The notes under the pieces were generated by a model. That model was not told the origin of the DNA. It saw only the letters and a list, made by a program, of their open reading frames with translations, and did not search any database. A program made the translations under genes and the position numbers. From positions 162,020-226,019 of the forward strand of contig JAYFMW010000026.1 of NCBI GenBank assembly GCA_042408215.1: a stretch of DNA of 64,000 bases, written 5' to 3'. Source of the DNA: Microcoleus sp. (lineage in GTDB: Bacteria > Cyanobacteriota > Cyanobacteriia > Cyanobacteriales > Microcoleaceae). Shown here one piece after another: positions 32,531 to 43,978 of the stretch. The stretch's first letter is position 1, and every line of letters begins with the position of its first letter.

Positions 32531-32947
32531 TTAGGCGCATTGTTGACTGAGCCTTTGTTCTCGGATGACTTGACGGATGTGGTTGAGGAGGGCTTCCCAA
32601 ATTGCATCGGCGATCGCAACGGGATACTTGAAATGTTCGAGGTCATACTGTACGATGATTTCTAGAGGTGCGAGAGTTTGCTGGTTTCGACAACTGGCAA
32701 TTGTGGCGATCGTCTCTTGCTGCCATCTGGCAAACAGTCTATAGCTGAAAAAGGAACTGCATTTTTGTCCTTTCTGGTTCAGATAGACGACTATTACTTG
32801 ATGTTGTTTGGGGTAGACTTTGACTATGCGGTTTACGGGCATTCTCAGGGCTTCGGCTGCTTCTATTTTGGAGATTTGCCAGCGCTGGGGTTTGAGCCAA
32901 CCGGAGGCTGTAAGGCTTTGACGGGTGTTGCGTGTCTTGCGAGTCAT
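32531..32947 (-). CDS. Hypothetical protein, copy 1
   Basis: 138-aa ORF; near-identical homolog at 42374-42811. Confidence 0.75.
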   Translation of the reverse strand: MTRKTRNTRQSLTASGWLKPQRWQISKIEAAEALRMPVNRIVKVYPKQHQVIVVYLNQKGQKCSSFFSYRLFARWQQETIATIASCRNQQTLAPLEIIVQYDLEHFKYPVAIADAIWEALLNHIRQVIREQRLSQQCA

Positions 32948-33083
32948 TTTTACTGCCCCTGATTTGCTACAAATACAATTACGATTTCAAAACTATTTAC
33001 ACTCTAACTGGTAAACTTTTTGCTGTCAAGCAAGAAAGACAAATTTTTTGGTAGATAAGTAAACTAGGAGTTGTGTTGATCTG

Positions 33084-33440
33084 GTGACTAATACTGTGGA
33101 CGCAGAAGCTAGGAAGAAACTGAGCGAAGTTGTGAAGCTAGCCCGTGGCGACCTGAGTTTTAGCGCTTTTGGTAGGCTATTGGGAGTCTCTGGGTCTGCC
33201 GTTCAGTATTGGGAAAAGGGGCAGGTACTCCCGGATACGAAAAATTTGACTCAGATTGCGGCAAAAGCGGGCTTTACAATGGAAGAGTTGATGGCTCATC
33301 TCGAAGGTAAGCCAATGCCGGAACCTGTTAATACCAACGAGCTACTGAAGAAAATTCAGTGTATGCCGATGAGTGAGTTGGCAGTGATTGGTAGAGCTGT
33401 GATGGATAGGCTCGCGGCGGCGGCTGAGTCGTCTGGGTAA
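33084..33440 (+). CDS. XRE-family HTH regulator (type A, copy 1)
   Basis: S..AFG..LGVS..AV..WEKG...P. Confidence 0.85.
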   Translation: MTNTVDAEARKKLSEVVKLARGDLSFSAFGRLLGVSGSAVQYWEKGQVLPDTKNLTQIAAKAGFTMEELMAHLEGKPMPEPVNTNELLKKIQCMPMSELAVIGRAVMDRLAAAAESSG

Positions 33441-33501
33441 GTAGAGTTGATGTATCTGTTCGTAAGTAGACTGGTAGGTACGATCGCATAGCTTTTAAGT
33501 T

Positions 33502-33849
33502 GTGAACATCCAAAATAGACAAAAACTCAGTGAAATCATCAAAACTGCTCGTGGAACAATGAGTCAACGAGCGTTTGGTAAGCTTTTAGGCGTTTCTGCG
33601 ACTGCTGTTCAGCTTTGGGAAAGGGGCGATACGGTTCCCGATACCGAAAACTTGGGTAAGCTCGCAGCGAGAGCCGGCTATACTCTGGAAGAGTTTCTCA
33701 GCTTTTTGGATGGCAATCCAGTCTCGCAACCACCAGAAATTAACGATATTGTCAAAAAAATTCAGTTTTTGCCTCTGAGTCAGGTGGCGCTAATTGCTAG
33801 AGCTGTAGCCGATAGATTCGCTGCGTCGGCTGAGGCTGCTGGAGAATGA
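33502..33849 (+). CDS. XRE-family HTH regulator (type B, copy 1)
   Basis: MSQRAFGKLLGVSATAVQLWERG. Confidence 0.85.
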   Translation: MNIQNRQKLSEIIKTARGTMSQRAFGKLLGVSATAVQLWERGDTVPDTENLGKLAARAGYTLEEFLSFLDGNPVSQPPEINDIVKKIQFLPLSQVALIARAVADRFAASAEAAGE

Positions 33850-33893
33850 ATATGAGGCAAATTTATCTGTAAACTAGGACTTGTGTTGATCTG

Positions 33894-34250
33894 GTGACTA
33901 ATACTGTGGACTCAGAAGCTAAGAAAAAACTGAGCGAAGTTGTGAAGCTAGCCCGTGGCGACCTGAGTTTTAGCGCTTTTGGTAGGCTATTGGGAGTCTC
34001 TGGGTCTGCTGTTCAGTATTGGGAAAAGGGTCAGGTACTCCCGGATACGAAAAATTTGACTCAGATTGCGGCAAAAGCGGGCTTTACAATGGAAGAGTTG
34101 ATGGCTCATCTCGAAGGCAAACCAATGCCGGAACCTGTCAATACCAATGAGCTGCTGAAGAAAATTCAATGTATGCCGATTAGTGAGTTGGCAGTTATTG
34201 GTAGAGCCGTGATGGATAGGCTCGCTGCTGCTGCTGAGTCGTCTGGGTAA
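33894..34250 (+). CDS. XRE-family HTH regulator (type A, duplicate)
   Basis: Three aa differences from 33084-33440; upstream 25 bp also duplicated. Confidence 0.85.
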   Translation: MTNTVDSEAKKKLSEVVKLARGDLSFSAFGRLLGVSGSAVQYWEKGQVLPDTKNLTQIAAKAGFTMEELMAHLEGKPMPEPVNTNELLKKIQCMPISELAVIGRAVMDRLAAAAESSG

Positions 34251-34261
34251 GGACAGTAGAT

Positions 34262-34318
34262 TGCGAGTTTTTTGAGTGCCTCTCTTGGTCATTGTTATTT
34301 CTCCCAAATCTGACTTCA
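34262..34318 (-). pseudogene. 5' relic of the 138/145-aa hypothetical gene
   Basis: TTTTTTGAGT..CTCTTGGTCATTG.TATTTCTCC.AAATC resembles 42786-42830. Confidence 0.6.
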
Positions 34319-34359
34319 ATAATGGGATTGAGTAATTTATTTATCGAGAATGTCATAAT

Positions 34360-35199
34360 ATGAATCCCGCATCTCCACCGTTTCAATATCAAGCAGTAGC
34401 TCAATTCACAGGACACATTGACTATTTCCCAGACGGAGGTGAAAACCCTGGGGATGTGGTTGAACTTTTAAAATGTCAAGATGAAGGGGGTGACGAGTAC
34501 AGAATTTATGGAAAATTATCCTTTGATAATTTTGTAGATGGACGCGCAAAGATTGAGGCTTTAATTATAGAAAAAGACTATCCTATACAGCAAAAATTAG
34601 AGGATTTTTGGGAATACGCCCAAGAAAAAATAAAATCTTATGCTTATAGATTAGTAGCTTTTTCAGGTGATTGGTCAGCTACAGTAGCCGATGTATTTGT
34701 AAAAAATAAAAATGGCTATGAATATCAATATCATCCATCTGATGCTCCTCAAATCAAAGATGAAATTTCTCAGTATTTAGTATTGAAGACGATTGATAAA
34801 TTGAAATTCCGTAATTTGATTACTGCTCCCCAATCAGAATTTTTAGATGAATACATAGAAAGATATTATTTTATAGAAAATAACTTAATTAAAGGGTCAA
34901 AAATAGATCCTGTACTCCTTTTAATCAGCTTATCAAATTTGTTTGAACTTATTCAGGAGAATGAAGCTCCTCCACCAATGACTGAAGATCCATTGCTTAC
35001 AGCTACGAGAAATTTAGTTGTTCATGGACTTGTTTATCGTAATAACACTGTAACTCCTCTACAGACAAGATTTGCTACTAGGGAAAATGTTTTTAAGTTT
35101 AGCCGCAATAATCTAGAACATATGAAACTGGTTAGAGAAGCTAATTTGAAACTACTTAAGATTATAACTCACTACATTGAAGATACTGTTTTGAGATAG
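34360..35199 (+). CDS. Hypothetical protein with C-terminal RxxxxH (HEPN-like) motif
   Basis: 279-aa AT-rich ORF; TRNLVVHG in a helical C-terminus. Confidence 0.6.
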   Translation: MNPASPPFQYQAVAQFTGHIDYFPDGGENPGDVVELLKCQDEGGDEYRIYGKLSFDNFVDGRAKIEALIIEKDYPIQQKLEDFWEYAQEKIKSYAYRLVAFSGDWSATVADVFVKNKNGYEYQYHPSDAPQIKDEISQYLVLKTIDKLKFRNLITAPQSEFLDEYIERYYFIENNLIKGSKIDPVLLLISLSNLFELIQENEAPPPMTEDPLLTATRNLVVHGLVYRNNTVTPLQTRFATRENVFKFSRNNLEHMKLVREANLKLLKIITHYIEDTVLR

Positions 35200-35250
35200 C
35201 GTGACAGAGCTTAAGAAATAGGTTAAGTATAATTATCATAAACCAAAACC

Positions 35251-35958
35251 TTATATTCTCCTAAATCTCTGGATTTCTTGTAGTTCAGATAAAATTGACA
35301 ACCAAGAAACATTAATAACTATATCTTTAATTTGTTGGATTATTTCATTGGGTTGGATTTGAGTTACATAATTATCCCAATTGTCAGTAATGGTAATACA
35401 AAATTTATCTAGGCTGTAATGAACCAACTGCTCTAGCAAAATGCGACTAGATGATAAAGATAGATAGTCTATCGCTTCGCAAGCAATAAGTATTTGTAGT
35501 AATAAATTTTGATCGTAAGTTTTTGACGACAATATTCGGCATTCCGTTTCCAATTGACTACTGTTATCGGAAAAATGATTGCAACAGGCTTCAGTAAAGT
35601 TATTCAATTTCTGGGTGTTAATTTTTTCTTTAAATACGTGAATTTTTTGATAAAAATTATCATCACTCCTTGCTATAATATTCAGAAAGTATTTTTGAAA
35701 TAAATCACGCCTTTGCTTTTTGTCTTCTGGGGTTAAGCCACTCGATTCTTCGCTGTAGCCTGTTACTCTAAGGGAACATCTACTAGAAGAAGTAGCTTGA
35801 AAATGAGCAAAATGAGTTTTTTTATAGTCCCCCCTTTTTAGATGAACTTCTTCACCACATTCCAGACAGCGTAGACCTAAATTTGAGTAACTGGAGTAAT
35901 CCGCATCATCTGCACAAACAATCATTCCTCCCTGATACATAGACTTGGCACAATACAT
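35251..35958 (-). CDS. Hypothetical protein with CoiA-like N-terminal zinc ribbon
   Basis: L.C..CGE.V.L..G.....HF.H...C pattern; start set at MYCAKS. Confidence 0.6.
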   Translation of the reverse strand: MYCAKSMYQGGMIVCADDADYSSYSNLGLRCLECGEEVHLKRGDYKKTHFAHFQATSSSRCSLRVTGYSEESSGLTPEDKKQRRDLFQKYFLNIIARSDDNFYQKIHVFKEKINTQKLNNFTEACCNHFSDNSSQLETECRILSSKTYDQNLLLQILIACEAIDYLSLSSSRILLEQLVHYSLDKFCITITDNWDNYVTQIQPNEIIQQIKDIVINVSWLSILSELQEIQRFRRI

Positions 35959-35999
35959 AACTTTTTCCTTAATAAATTGAATGTAGTTATAAATTAGCG

Positions 36000-36322
36000 A
36001 CTGGATAGCCTTCCGCATCAACCTTGTGGCAAACCCATGCGGATACAATTTTACTCCTTCAACTTGCAGGTAAACCTGCAAAAACCCCAGTTCCAAAAGT
36101 TTCGCAGCTAAACCCAGAATAGCTGACCTTAGCTCGCATCTGCTAGAGGGTCGAGCCATCAACGAAACCGAGATACCCCGCTTAAATGCCTCCTCTACCT
36201 GTTCTCCCCAATCCGGGTCATTTACCCCCAAAATTGGCGTTGATCCAACTGTAGCACATCCAGCAAAACCTCTCTCTTCGCATGGGGAAGCACCGGAAAC
36301 GGATTGTAGGAAGACAAAGCAC

Positions 36323-36329
<7 letters not shown>
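36000..36329 (-). pseudogene. Degenerate C-terminal fragment resembling a DpdJ-type helicase
   Basis: RS.ALSSYNPF..LP...RE.LLD.L then DPDW.EQV..A..AIL.LA...E.GFL.VY..VEGV..AIQ across a frameshift; recognised from memory only. Confidence 0.4.
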
Positions 36330-36952
<623 letters not shown>

Positions 36953-36968
36953 TGGGTTGATGGGGAAC

Positions 36969-37053
36969 TTAGGCGCATTTTTGGGTGTGCCTTTGTTCTC
37001 TGATGACTTGACGGATGTGGTTGAGGAGGGCTTCCCAAATTGCATCGGCGATC
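36969..37053 (-). pseudogene. 3' fragment of the 138-aa hypothetical gene
   Basis: Matches 32531 onward and stops at GCGATC (37048-37053). Confidence 0.85.
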
Positions 37054-37091
37054 ACTCTTTGGGAATTGGGGCGAGCGATCGTGCCTAAATT

Positions 37092-38282
37092 TTACCGAAT
37101 TGGAACAAACCCTGCTTCTTCTACTAACTTTTGACCTTCATCGCTCAAGAGCATATTGGTATAAGCAACTCCCGCTTGTTCATCCAATTTTCCATCCTGT
37201 TTGATGACAACAAAAAGTCGTCGCGTCAACGGGTAAGTTCCATCAGTAAAAGCAGTTTTATTAACCGCTTTGCAAATTTGATCGATACAGGGAGACACAA
37301 AACCTGAACTCGCTACCTTGCCAAGAGGAAGAAGGTTTATCATACTTTGATTGATTACCTCTGAAGCTGTAGCATACCCAATACCACCACGAGTCACAGC
37401 AACCTTTCTTATTGATTCAGTAGTGTCTCTCACCTCTTGCACATTCGATCCAAATGGTTGTTTATCTAACACTTTTTCAGAAAAGTAATCAACTGTACCA
37501 CCAGCACTAAGATTACGGCTAAAGGGAGTAATTTCCTGGTCTGGCCCTCCTACATCTTTCCAGTTTTTGACTCTTCCAGTAAAGATATCCTGCCCTTGAG
37601 CTAAGCTAATCCCTTTTAAACCTTGATTAATCAATTCAGGATTGACATAAAAAGCAATACCATCAATAGCAACAGCTACTTGTTCAAGTTTAAAATTTCG
37701 CTTTTTAGCCAGTTCAAACTCATCGTCTTTTACAGATCGCGAAGATTCAGCAAAACTCATTTGTCCCTCAATCAGCATTTTAATACCTGTTCCAGATCCA
37801 GGCTTGCCATTAGGCGGCTCAGTATAGCGCAACTGAAATTGAGGATGTGTCTTATTAATAGCTGCAACAATGACCGGAGAGCGCAGAGGTGCAAAGGTTG
37901 TAGAACCCCCATAGTTGAATATTCCATTTGGGACATTAGGAACATTAGCCAGACTAGGATAGGTAGTGAACGGGGCGCTACTCGGTGTAACAGGCGTTGT
38001 GGGGTTAGGGATGGGGCTGATGGGTGAAGCTGTAGGAGTAGGTGATGTGGGGTTAGGGATGGGGCTGATGGGTGAAGCTGTAGAAGTAGATGATGGCGCT
38101 CCAAATAGCTTGTCTTTAAATAAAAAATAGGGTCCCCCTAACATTAAAAATACAGTTGCTAATCCCAAAACTATAGGAGGTACACCGCGTAATCTTGTAC
38201 CGCAGTAGGAACACTGATATGCTGTGGATGAATTTAATGTTTTACACTTCGGGCATTCGACATTATTAGAGCCACTACTCAT
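37092..38282 (-). CDS. Zinc-ribbon + TM + Pro-rich linker + PstS-like (PBP) domain protein
   Basis: CPKC..CSYC, hydrophobic span, YGGSTT, GSGTGI, VAIDGIA, YPLTRRLFV. Confidence 0.85.
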   Translation of the reverse strand: MSSGSNNVECPKCKTLNSSTAYQCSYCGTRLRGVPPIVLGLATVFLMLGGPYFLFKDKLFGAPSSTSTASPISPIPNPTSPTPTASPISPIPNPTTPVTPSSAPFTTYPSLANVPNVPNGIFNYGGSTTFAPLRSPVIVAAINKTHPQFQLRYTEPPNGKPGSGTGIKMLIEGQMSFAESSRSVKDDEFELAKKRNFKLEQVAVAIDGIAFYVNPELINQGLKGISLAQGQDIFTGRVKNWKDVGGPDQEITPFSRNLSAGGTVDYFSEKVLDKQPFGSNVQEVRDTTESIRKVAVTRGGIGYATASEVINQSMINLLPLGKVASSGFVSPCIDQICKAVNKTAFTDGTYPLTRRLFVVIKQDGKLDEQAGVAYTNMLLSDEGQKLVEEAGFVPIR

Positions 38283-38305
38283 AAATACCTCATAAAAATT
38301 GATAA

Positions 38306-41300
38306 CTATTTATTCAAGCCTAGTTCTTTTCGCACGTTCGACTCAATTGCTGTTACTTGTTCGTTAGTCAATCCCAATTCCTCTTGAAGATCAAGTAAAT
38401 CAGCCTGCTGTTGCCCGCCTATTCCTTCATCATTCTCAAGAAAAGCTCGATACATCAGAGCATATTCCTGTTGATAATTTTGAGGTGCGAACTCAGCAAT
38501 AATCCGCTCTGCCAGTTCTTGAGGAATGGCATATCTTTGGCGAAAGCGCTCCAAAGTTTGCAAGTCTGTGGCAGAAGGATTGCCGCGACTGTAACAACTC
38601 TGGGCTAACTTTTTGAATTTTTCCAGATTCCCTTCAAAATCTGCTGTAGTTGCAGGTTTTACTGGTGAAGGGATGGAAGGCTCAGTAGGTGTCTGGGAAG
38701 CTGAAGATGTAGCATCACTAATGAATAAATTGTGATTCTTGACAAACTCCTCAATTGCGGCTTTAGCCTTTCCGTGTTCAGGATTATCTTTGCCATGCAA
38801 GAGAGTATTTTCTAACTGCTCCAGGTATGTCATCAGTTTTTGATAGAGAGCTTTTTTCTCTGGTTTCGTAACCGCTTTTTCACCGATACTTTGAATAGTG
38901 TCATTAAGGATTTCTCTAACTTGCCGGTTAGAATCGTTCAGCAAGTATTCTTCAGCCTCCTGCCAATTTGCTCCGAAAGTATGAGTTTTTCCAAACCCCG
39001 TCTGCTTATCTTGGTAGGCAAAACGCACTTCGTGGAACCCAGTAGCTTTGTTCTCCACTTCCGTCAGCAACTCCAAAACTCTTCCCAGAATCAGGTTGTG
39101 TTTAACTTTTACCTCATGGTCAGGTGCAGGCATCGGGTCTTGAAAACGACGATTATCTTGATGAGTGTGCAGCGGGTTCGGATCTGATTGCGAAACCGAG
39201 CGATAAACAGTCCGCATCCGATCCATCCCCTCAATTAGCCTTAATGGAAAAGCTCCAACTTCTTGAACAAAATAAATTGAGTGCGGGTCGTTGAGAGGTT
39301 TGATATCTTTATCGGTTAACGTGCTAGCTTTACGGAGCATGGGCAAAATAATTTCTACCGCTGAATCTGTAGGCTTATTTCCTCCCTCAATTCCTACCAG
39401 TTTTTGGCGTTTTTCAGGTCGGTCATCCCAACCTAGACGGGCTTGATCTTGACTAAACCGTACAAACGGTTCACTTTTCTCAAAGGTAGTTTTAATTCTG
39501 GCTTCCTGCTCTTGTAGAGTAGGATACTGTTGTAGGAATTGGCGTGCTGCCGAAATTTTGATTTGAAGCCTACCTGCCAATTCATCTAAAGCTAGATCGT
39601 AAAGCCTATTCAACAAGTCTTTCCTTCGTGGAACATCTTCTGAGAAAGTGTGCATGCCAAGCAATCTCAACTTCAATTCCCCTAAAACTTTCTGGGAAAT
39701 AGTCTGAATAGCATTTTCTTCTTTACCTTCTAGGGCTTCGCTATAAACTTGATCGACTACCTTGGGGTCATAAAGTAAAATGCCATTAACGGTTAGCGTT
39801 CCTGTTTCCCGTATGTAAGTATTTTCATATTCTTGTAATATCAACTGTACATATTCTATTGTTCGCTCATAGGCTGTGATATCGAGCAATAACTGATCTA
39901 TTTCTGCAATCATAGAGTCTACAAGTCGAACCCCTAAAACGCGAGACTTGACTTCTATCTTAGCCACATATAGGTCTTTGAGTGTCGCCAAAATATCTTC
40001 AAAATCTTTGTCAACAACACTTTTTTTATTGATGGGGTTAAACTCTTTAGCATGGGTGTCGATTTGATTGGACAATACTGGAAACTTTTTGTCAGCTTTT
40101 GTTTCTTGGTCTAGCCACACTTTTGACCTTTCTTGCTCAAATCGACTGCGGTATTCAGCAAAGACTTCTCGGAGCGTCTCTAAAAATTGACGGGTAAACC
40201 TTGAACCACGAAATCTGTCTTCAACCATGCGGTAGACCGTTTCGCGAAGCTCTTGGCGTTTTTGGGGAATTAATCGACTGAGGTTATCCCACATTTTTTT
40301 ATAGTAGTCGCTCCACCGCTTCGGATCGTCATCGCTACCCTCAAAATGGGGATCGTACTTCCGTTTGTTTTCCGCTATAAAGTTTTGTAAAACTTCAAAT
40401 TTAACGTTTAATTGGTTGCGTTCCTGTTTCACCGCAGCCACCCACTCAGAAACTTCCAGGCTATAGGTTTTACTATTGTCGCTCAAACTGATGCTGTCAA
40501 GGATTTGGTGCTCCTTGTCAGATTCAGTTAGCTGGAGGCTTGGCAATATTTCGGTTTTAACTACATCTCGCATTGATGTAGAAACGGGAGTAGGATTTGC
40601 CCACCATGAAACTACACGGTTAGCGAGGCGAAAAGCACAAGCTTTGCGAACCCGTTCTACGGGAAACTGAATGCTAGAAAGACCGAAAGTAATAAAATTT
40701 TGAGGATAACCAAGGGGATCGGGCGCTGCCCACTGCTTACGAATATTGTCTCTCACTAACTTTTTATAGGGACTAAATCCAGAACTGAAGTCTAGGAAAA
40801 TATTTTGTGCGACCATTTCTAGCATTGATTCCAGGGTGGGAAGGGTGACTTTATCGTTGCTATTGCCTAGCAGGTAGCAGAAGCTAAAAGGCACATCTTG
40901 ACCAATCTGACTGCTAATTTGATCGGAAGCATTTGTGCTGTATTGCGCTTCAAAGCGAGTATCGCTGCGGGAATAGTGGTTTAATTCCATTAGAGCAGCA
41001 TAAGCATTGGCAACTACCCTGTCTCCCAAACCAGAAAAAGCCCCTGGCAACACCAAGTAGGCTGATGTTTGAGGCTGATCCGACGCGGGAATCCAATCGC
41101 GGAGATTGTAGGCGAGGTCTAAAAACATTCCTGAACCTGTTCCGCCACAAAGGGAACAAACAACAAAGATATTGATGCCTTTATCAATTTGCACCTGGCG
41201 GCGCTCCATTTTGTCCGTTCCTTCAATAATCCTCTGTTTAGCATTCTCAAAACTATCTTTAATTGACGGATAATTGATGGTAAAGGCAAATTTACCTAAA

Positions 41301-41653
41301 GATCTAATTTGACCTGCACCTGCCAAAATTGAATCAGTACCTTTGAGCTGACTCGGAAACCAATCTGCTAAATAGTTGTAGTCAGAAAGTTTGTTAAGCA
41401 TGGCTTTAGCATTTTCTACCTTAGCCCAGACTTGTTCGACAGGACGCAGGGAAATATCTTGTTTGAGAACGACTTGCGATTCTGAGCATTTGGCGTTCTG
41501 CTCTGTATCTATATGCAAGAACGATACTATCGGCAGAGCATCTAAGGATCCGTAGGTTTCCACGATCATCCGGCGAATTTTAATTAATATTTCTTTTCCT
41601 GTCCCACCTAGTCCGATGACGACAGTGGGAGTCATGCCTTGGTACTCAGCCAT
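38306..41653 (-). CDS. Tubulin/FtsZ-like (Tubulin_2 type) large protein
   Basis: VIGLGGTG, GAGQIR, SLCGGTGSG, ANAYAAL.EL; long helical body. Confidence 0.88.
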   Translation of the reverse strand: MAEYQGMTPTVVIGLGGTGKEILIKIRRMIVETYGSLDALPIVSFLHIDTEQNAKCSESQVVLKQDISLRPVEQVWAKVENAKAMLNKLSDYNYLADWFPSQLKGTDSILAGAGQIRSLGKFAFTINYPSIKDSFENAKQRIIEGTDKMERRQVQIDKGINIFVVCSLCGGTGSGMFLDLAYNLRDWIPASDQPQTSAYLVLPGAFSGLGDRVVANAYAALMELNHYSRSDTRFEAQYSTNASDQISSQIGQDVPFSFCYLLGNSNDKVTLPTLESMLEMVAQNIFLDFSSGFSPYKKLVRDNIRKQWAAPDPLGYPQNFITFGLSSIQFPVERVRKACAFRLANRVVSWWANPTPVSTSMRDVVKTEILPSLQLTESDKEHQILDSISLSDNSKTYSLEVSEWVAAVKQERNQLNVKFEVLQNFIAENKRKYDPHFEGSDDDPKRWSDYYKKMWDNLSRLIPQKRQELRETVYRMVEDRFRGSRFTRQFLETLREVFAEYRSRFEQERSKVWLDQETKADKKFPVLSNQIDTHAKEFNPINKKSVVDKDFEDILATLKDLYVAKIEVKSRVLGVRLVDSMIAEIDQLLLDITAYERTIEYVQLILQEYENTYIRETGTLTVNGILLYDPKVVDQVYSEALEGKEENAIQTISQKVLGELKLRLLGMHTFSEDVPRRKDLLNRLYDLALDELAGRLQIKISAARQFLQQYPTLQEQEARIKTTFEKSEPFVRFSQDQARLGWDDRPEKRQKLVGIEGGNKPTDSAVEIILPMLRKASTLTDKDIKPLNDPHSIYFVQEVGAFPLRLIEGMDRMRTVYRSVSQSDPNPLHTHQDNRRFQDPMPAPDHEVKVKHNLILGRVLELLTEVENKATGFHEVRFAYQDKQTGFGKTHTFGANWQEAEEYLLNDSNRQVREILNDTIQSIGEKAVTKPEKKALYQKLMTYLEQLENTLLHGKDNPEHGKAKAAIEEFVKNHNLFISDATSSASQTPTEPSIPSPVKPATTADFEGNLEKFKKLAQSCYSRGNPSATDLQTLERFRQRYAIPQELAERIIAEFAPQNYQQEYALMYRAFLENDEGIGGQQQADLLDLQEELGLTNEQVTAIESNVRKELGLNK

Positions 41654-41728
41654 ACTTTAATTTAAGGATAGATATTGCTAATATTATGAATGGTAGTATA
41701 GCATACGGTTGAGGTGAGAGTTGTATTT

Positions 41729-42358
<630 letters not shown>

Positions 42359-42373
42359 TGGGTTGATGGGGAA

Positions 42374-42811
42374 CTAGGCGCAAGCTAGGCTGAGCCTTTG
42401 TTCTGTGATGACTTGGCGGATGTGGTTGAGGAGGGCTTCCCAAATTGCATCGGCGATCGCCACTGGATACTTGAAATGTTCGAGGTCGTACTGTACAATG
42501 ATTTCTAGAGGTGCTAAGGTTTGCTGGTTTCTACAACTGGCAATTGTGGCGATCGCCTCTTGTTCCCATCTGGCAAATAGTCTGTAGCTGAAAAAGGAAC
42601 TGCATTTTTGTCCTTTCTTGTTCAGGTAAACGACTATTACTTGATGTTGTTTGGGGTAAACTTTGACTATCCGGTTTACGGGCATTCTCAGGGCTTCGGC
42701 TGCTTCTATTTTGGAGATTTGCCAGCACTGGGGTTTTAGCCAACCGGAGGCTGTAAGGCTTTGACGGGTGTGGCTGGGCTTGTGATTTTTTTGAGTCCGT
42801 CTCTTGGTCAT
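42374..42811 (-). CDS. Hypothetical protein, copy 2
   Basis: Homolog of 32531-32947; AGGAG precedes ATG 42811. Confidence 0.75.
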   Translation of the reverse strand: MTKRRTQKNHKPSHTRQSLTASGWLKPQCWQISKIEAAEALRMPVNRIVKVYPKQHQVIVVYLNKKGQKCSSFFSYRLFARWEQEAIATIASCRNQQTLAPLEIIVQYDLEHFKYPVAIADAIWEALLNHIRQVITEQRLSLACA

Positions 42812-42949
42812 TGCTATTTCTCCTAAATCCGTTTTCATTAAAATTCAAAATTTCAATCTAATTAAAAGAATATCTGTTAAATCTTCTCCTGTCAAGCAAG
42901 ACAGGTAAATTTGTTGGTACACAAGTAAACTAGGAATTGTGGTTATCTG

Positions 42950-43315
42950 GTGGCTGATACCGTGGACGCAGAAGCTAAGAAAAAACTGAGTGAGGTTGTT
43001 AAATTAGCGCGGGGCTCGATGAGTCTGACTGCTTTTGGCAAGCTGTTGGGAGTTTCTGCTGCTTCTGTCTTGTATTGGGAAAAGGGGCAGGTACTTCCAG
43101 ATACGAAAAATTTGACTCAGATTGCGACAAGAGCAGGCTTTACGATGGAAGAGCTCATGGCTCATCTTGAAGGCAAGCCGGTGCAGGAACCCGTAGATAC
43201 TAACGATCTGCTTAAGAAAATTCAATGTATACCAATTAGTGAGTTAGCCGTGGTTGGTAGAGCTGTGATGGATAGACTCGCGGCGGCGGCTGAGTCGTCT
43301 GGGAAATATAGTTGA
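42950..43315 (+). CDS. XRE-family HTH regulator (type A, divergent allele)
   Basis: Homolog of 33084-33440 with an altered recognition helix (VSAASVLYWE). Confidence 0.85.
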   Translation: MADTVDAEAKKKLSEVVKLARGSMSLTAFGKLLGVSAASVLYWEKGQVLPDTKNLTQIATRAGFTMEELMAHLEGKPVQEPVDTNDLLKKIQCIPISELAVVGRAVMDRLAAAAESSGKYS

Positions 43316-43366
43316 TGTATCTGTTTGTAAGTAGACTCGTAGATACGATCGCATAGCTTTTAAGTC

Positions 43367-43714
43367 GTGAACATCCAAAATAGACAAAAACTTAGCGAAA
43401 TTATCAAAACTGCTCGTGGAACAATGAGTCAACGAGCGTTTGGTAAGCTTTTAGGCGTTTCTGCAACTGCGGTTCAGCTTTGGGAAAGGGGCGATACGGT
43501 TCCAGAGACGGAAAACTTGGCTAAAATTGCTGCAAGAGCTGGTTATTCGTTGGAAGAGTTTCTCAGCATTTTGGATGGCAATTCAGTCTCGCAAGCCCCA
43601 GAAATTAACGATATTGTCAAAAAAATTCAGTTTTTGCCTCTGAGTCAGGTGGCGCTAATTGGCAAAGCTGTAGCGGATAGGTTCGCTGCGTCGGCTGAGG
43701 CTGCTGGAGAATGA
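43367..43714 (+). CDS. XRE-family HTH regulator (type B, copy 2)
   Basis: Homolog of 33502-33849. Confidence 0.85.
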   Translation: MNIQNRQKLSEIIKTARGTMSQRAFGKLLGVSATAVQLWERGDTVPETENLAKIAARAGYSLEEFLSILDGNSVSQAPEINDIVKKIQFLPLSQVALIGKAVADRFAASAEAAGE

Positions 43715-43871
43715 GTTAGAATCGATCGCGATCGCCCGTTTTGCAAAGTAGAGTTCGATCGCCCTTAAGAAATTCCTCCCACTCGTGCATATCACAAATT
43801 GAGTATTTTGTCAAGTTAAAATCTACTTGGTTACGGAGTCCGATAGCCCTTATGGACTGACGCACTCCGAC

Positions 43872-43940
43872 AAAGAAACCGGGTTTTTCACCTAATCTGT
43901 CGGTGACAACGAAGTATTTTCCTAAAAAACCCGGTTTCTG
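43872..43940. repeat. AGAAACCGGGTTT inverted-repeat element
   Basis: Related pairs at 52367-52432 and about 57180-57211. Confidence 0.75.
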
Positions 43941-43978
43941 GGCCCCCTATCATCGCCCTTATGAAAAAACCACTCGCC

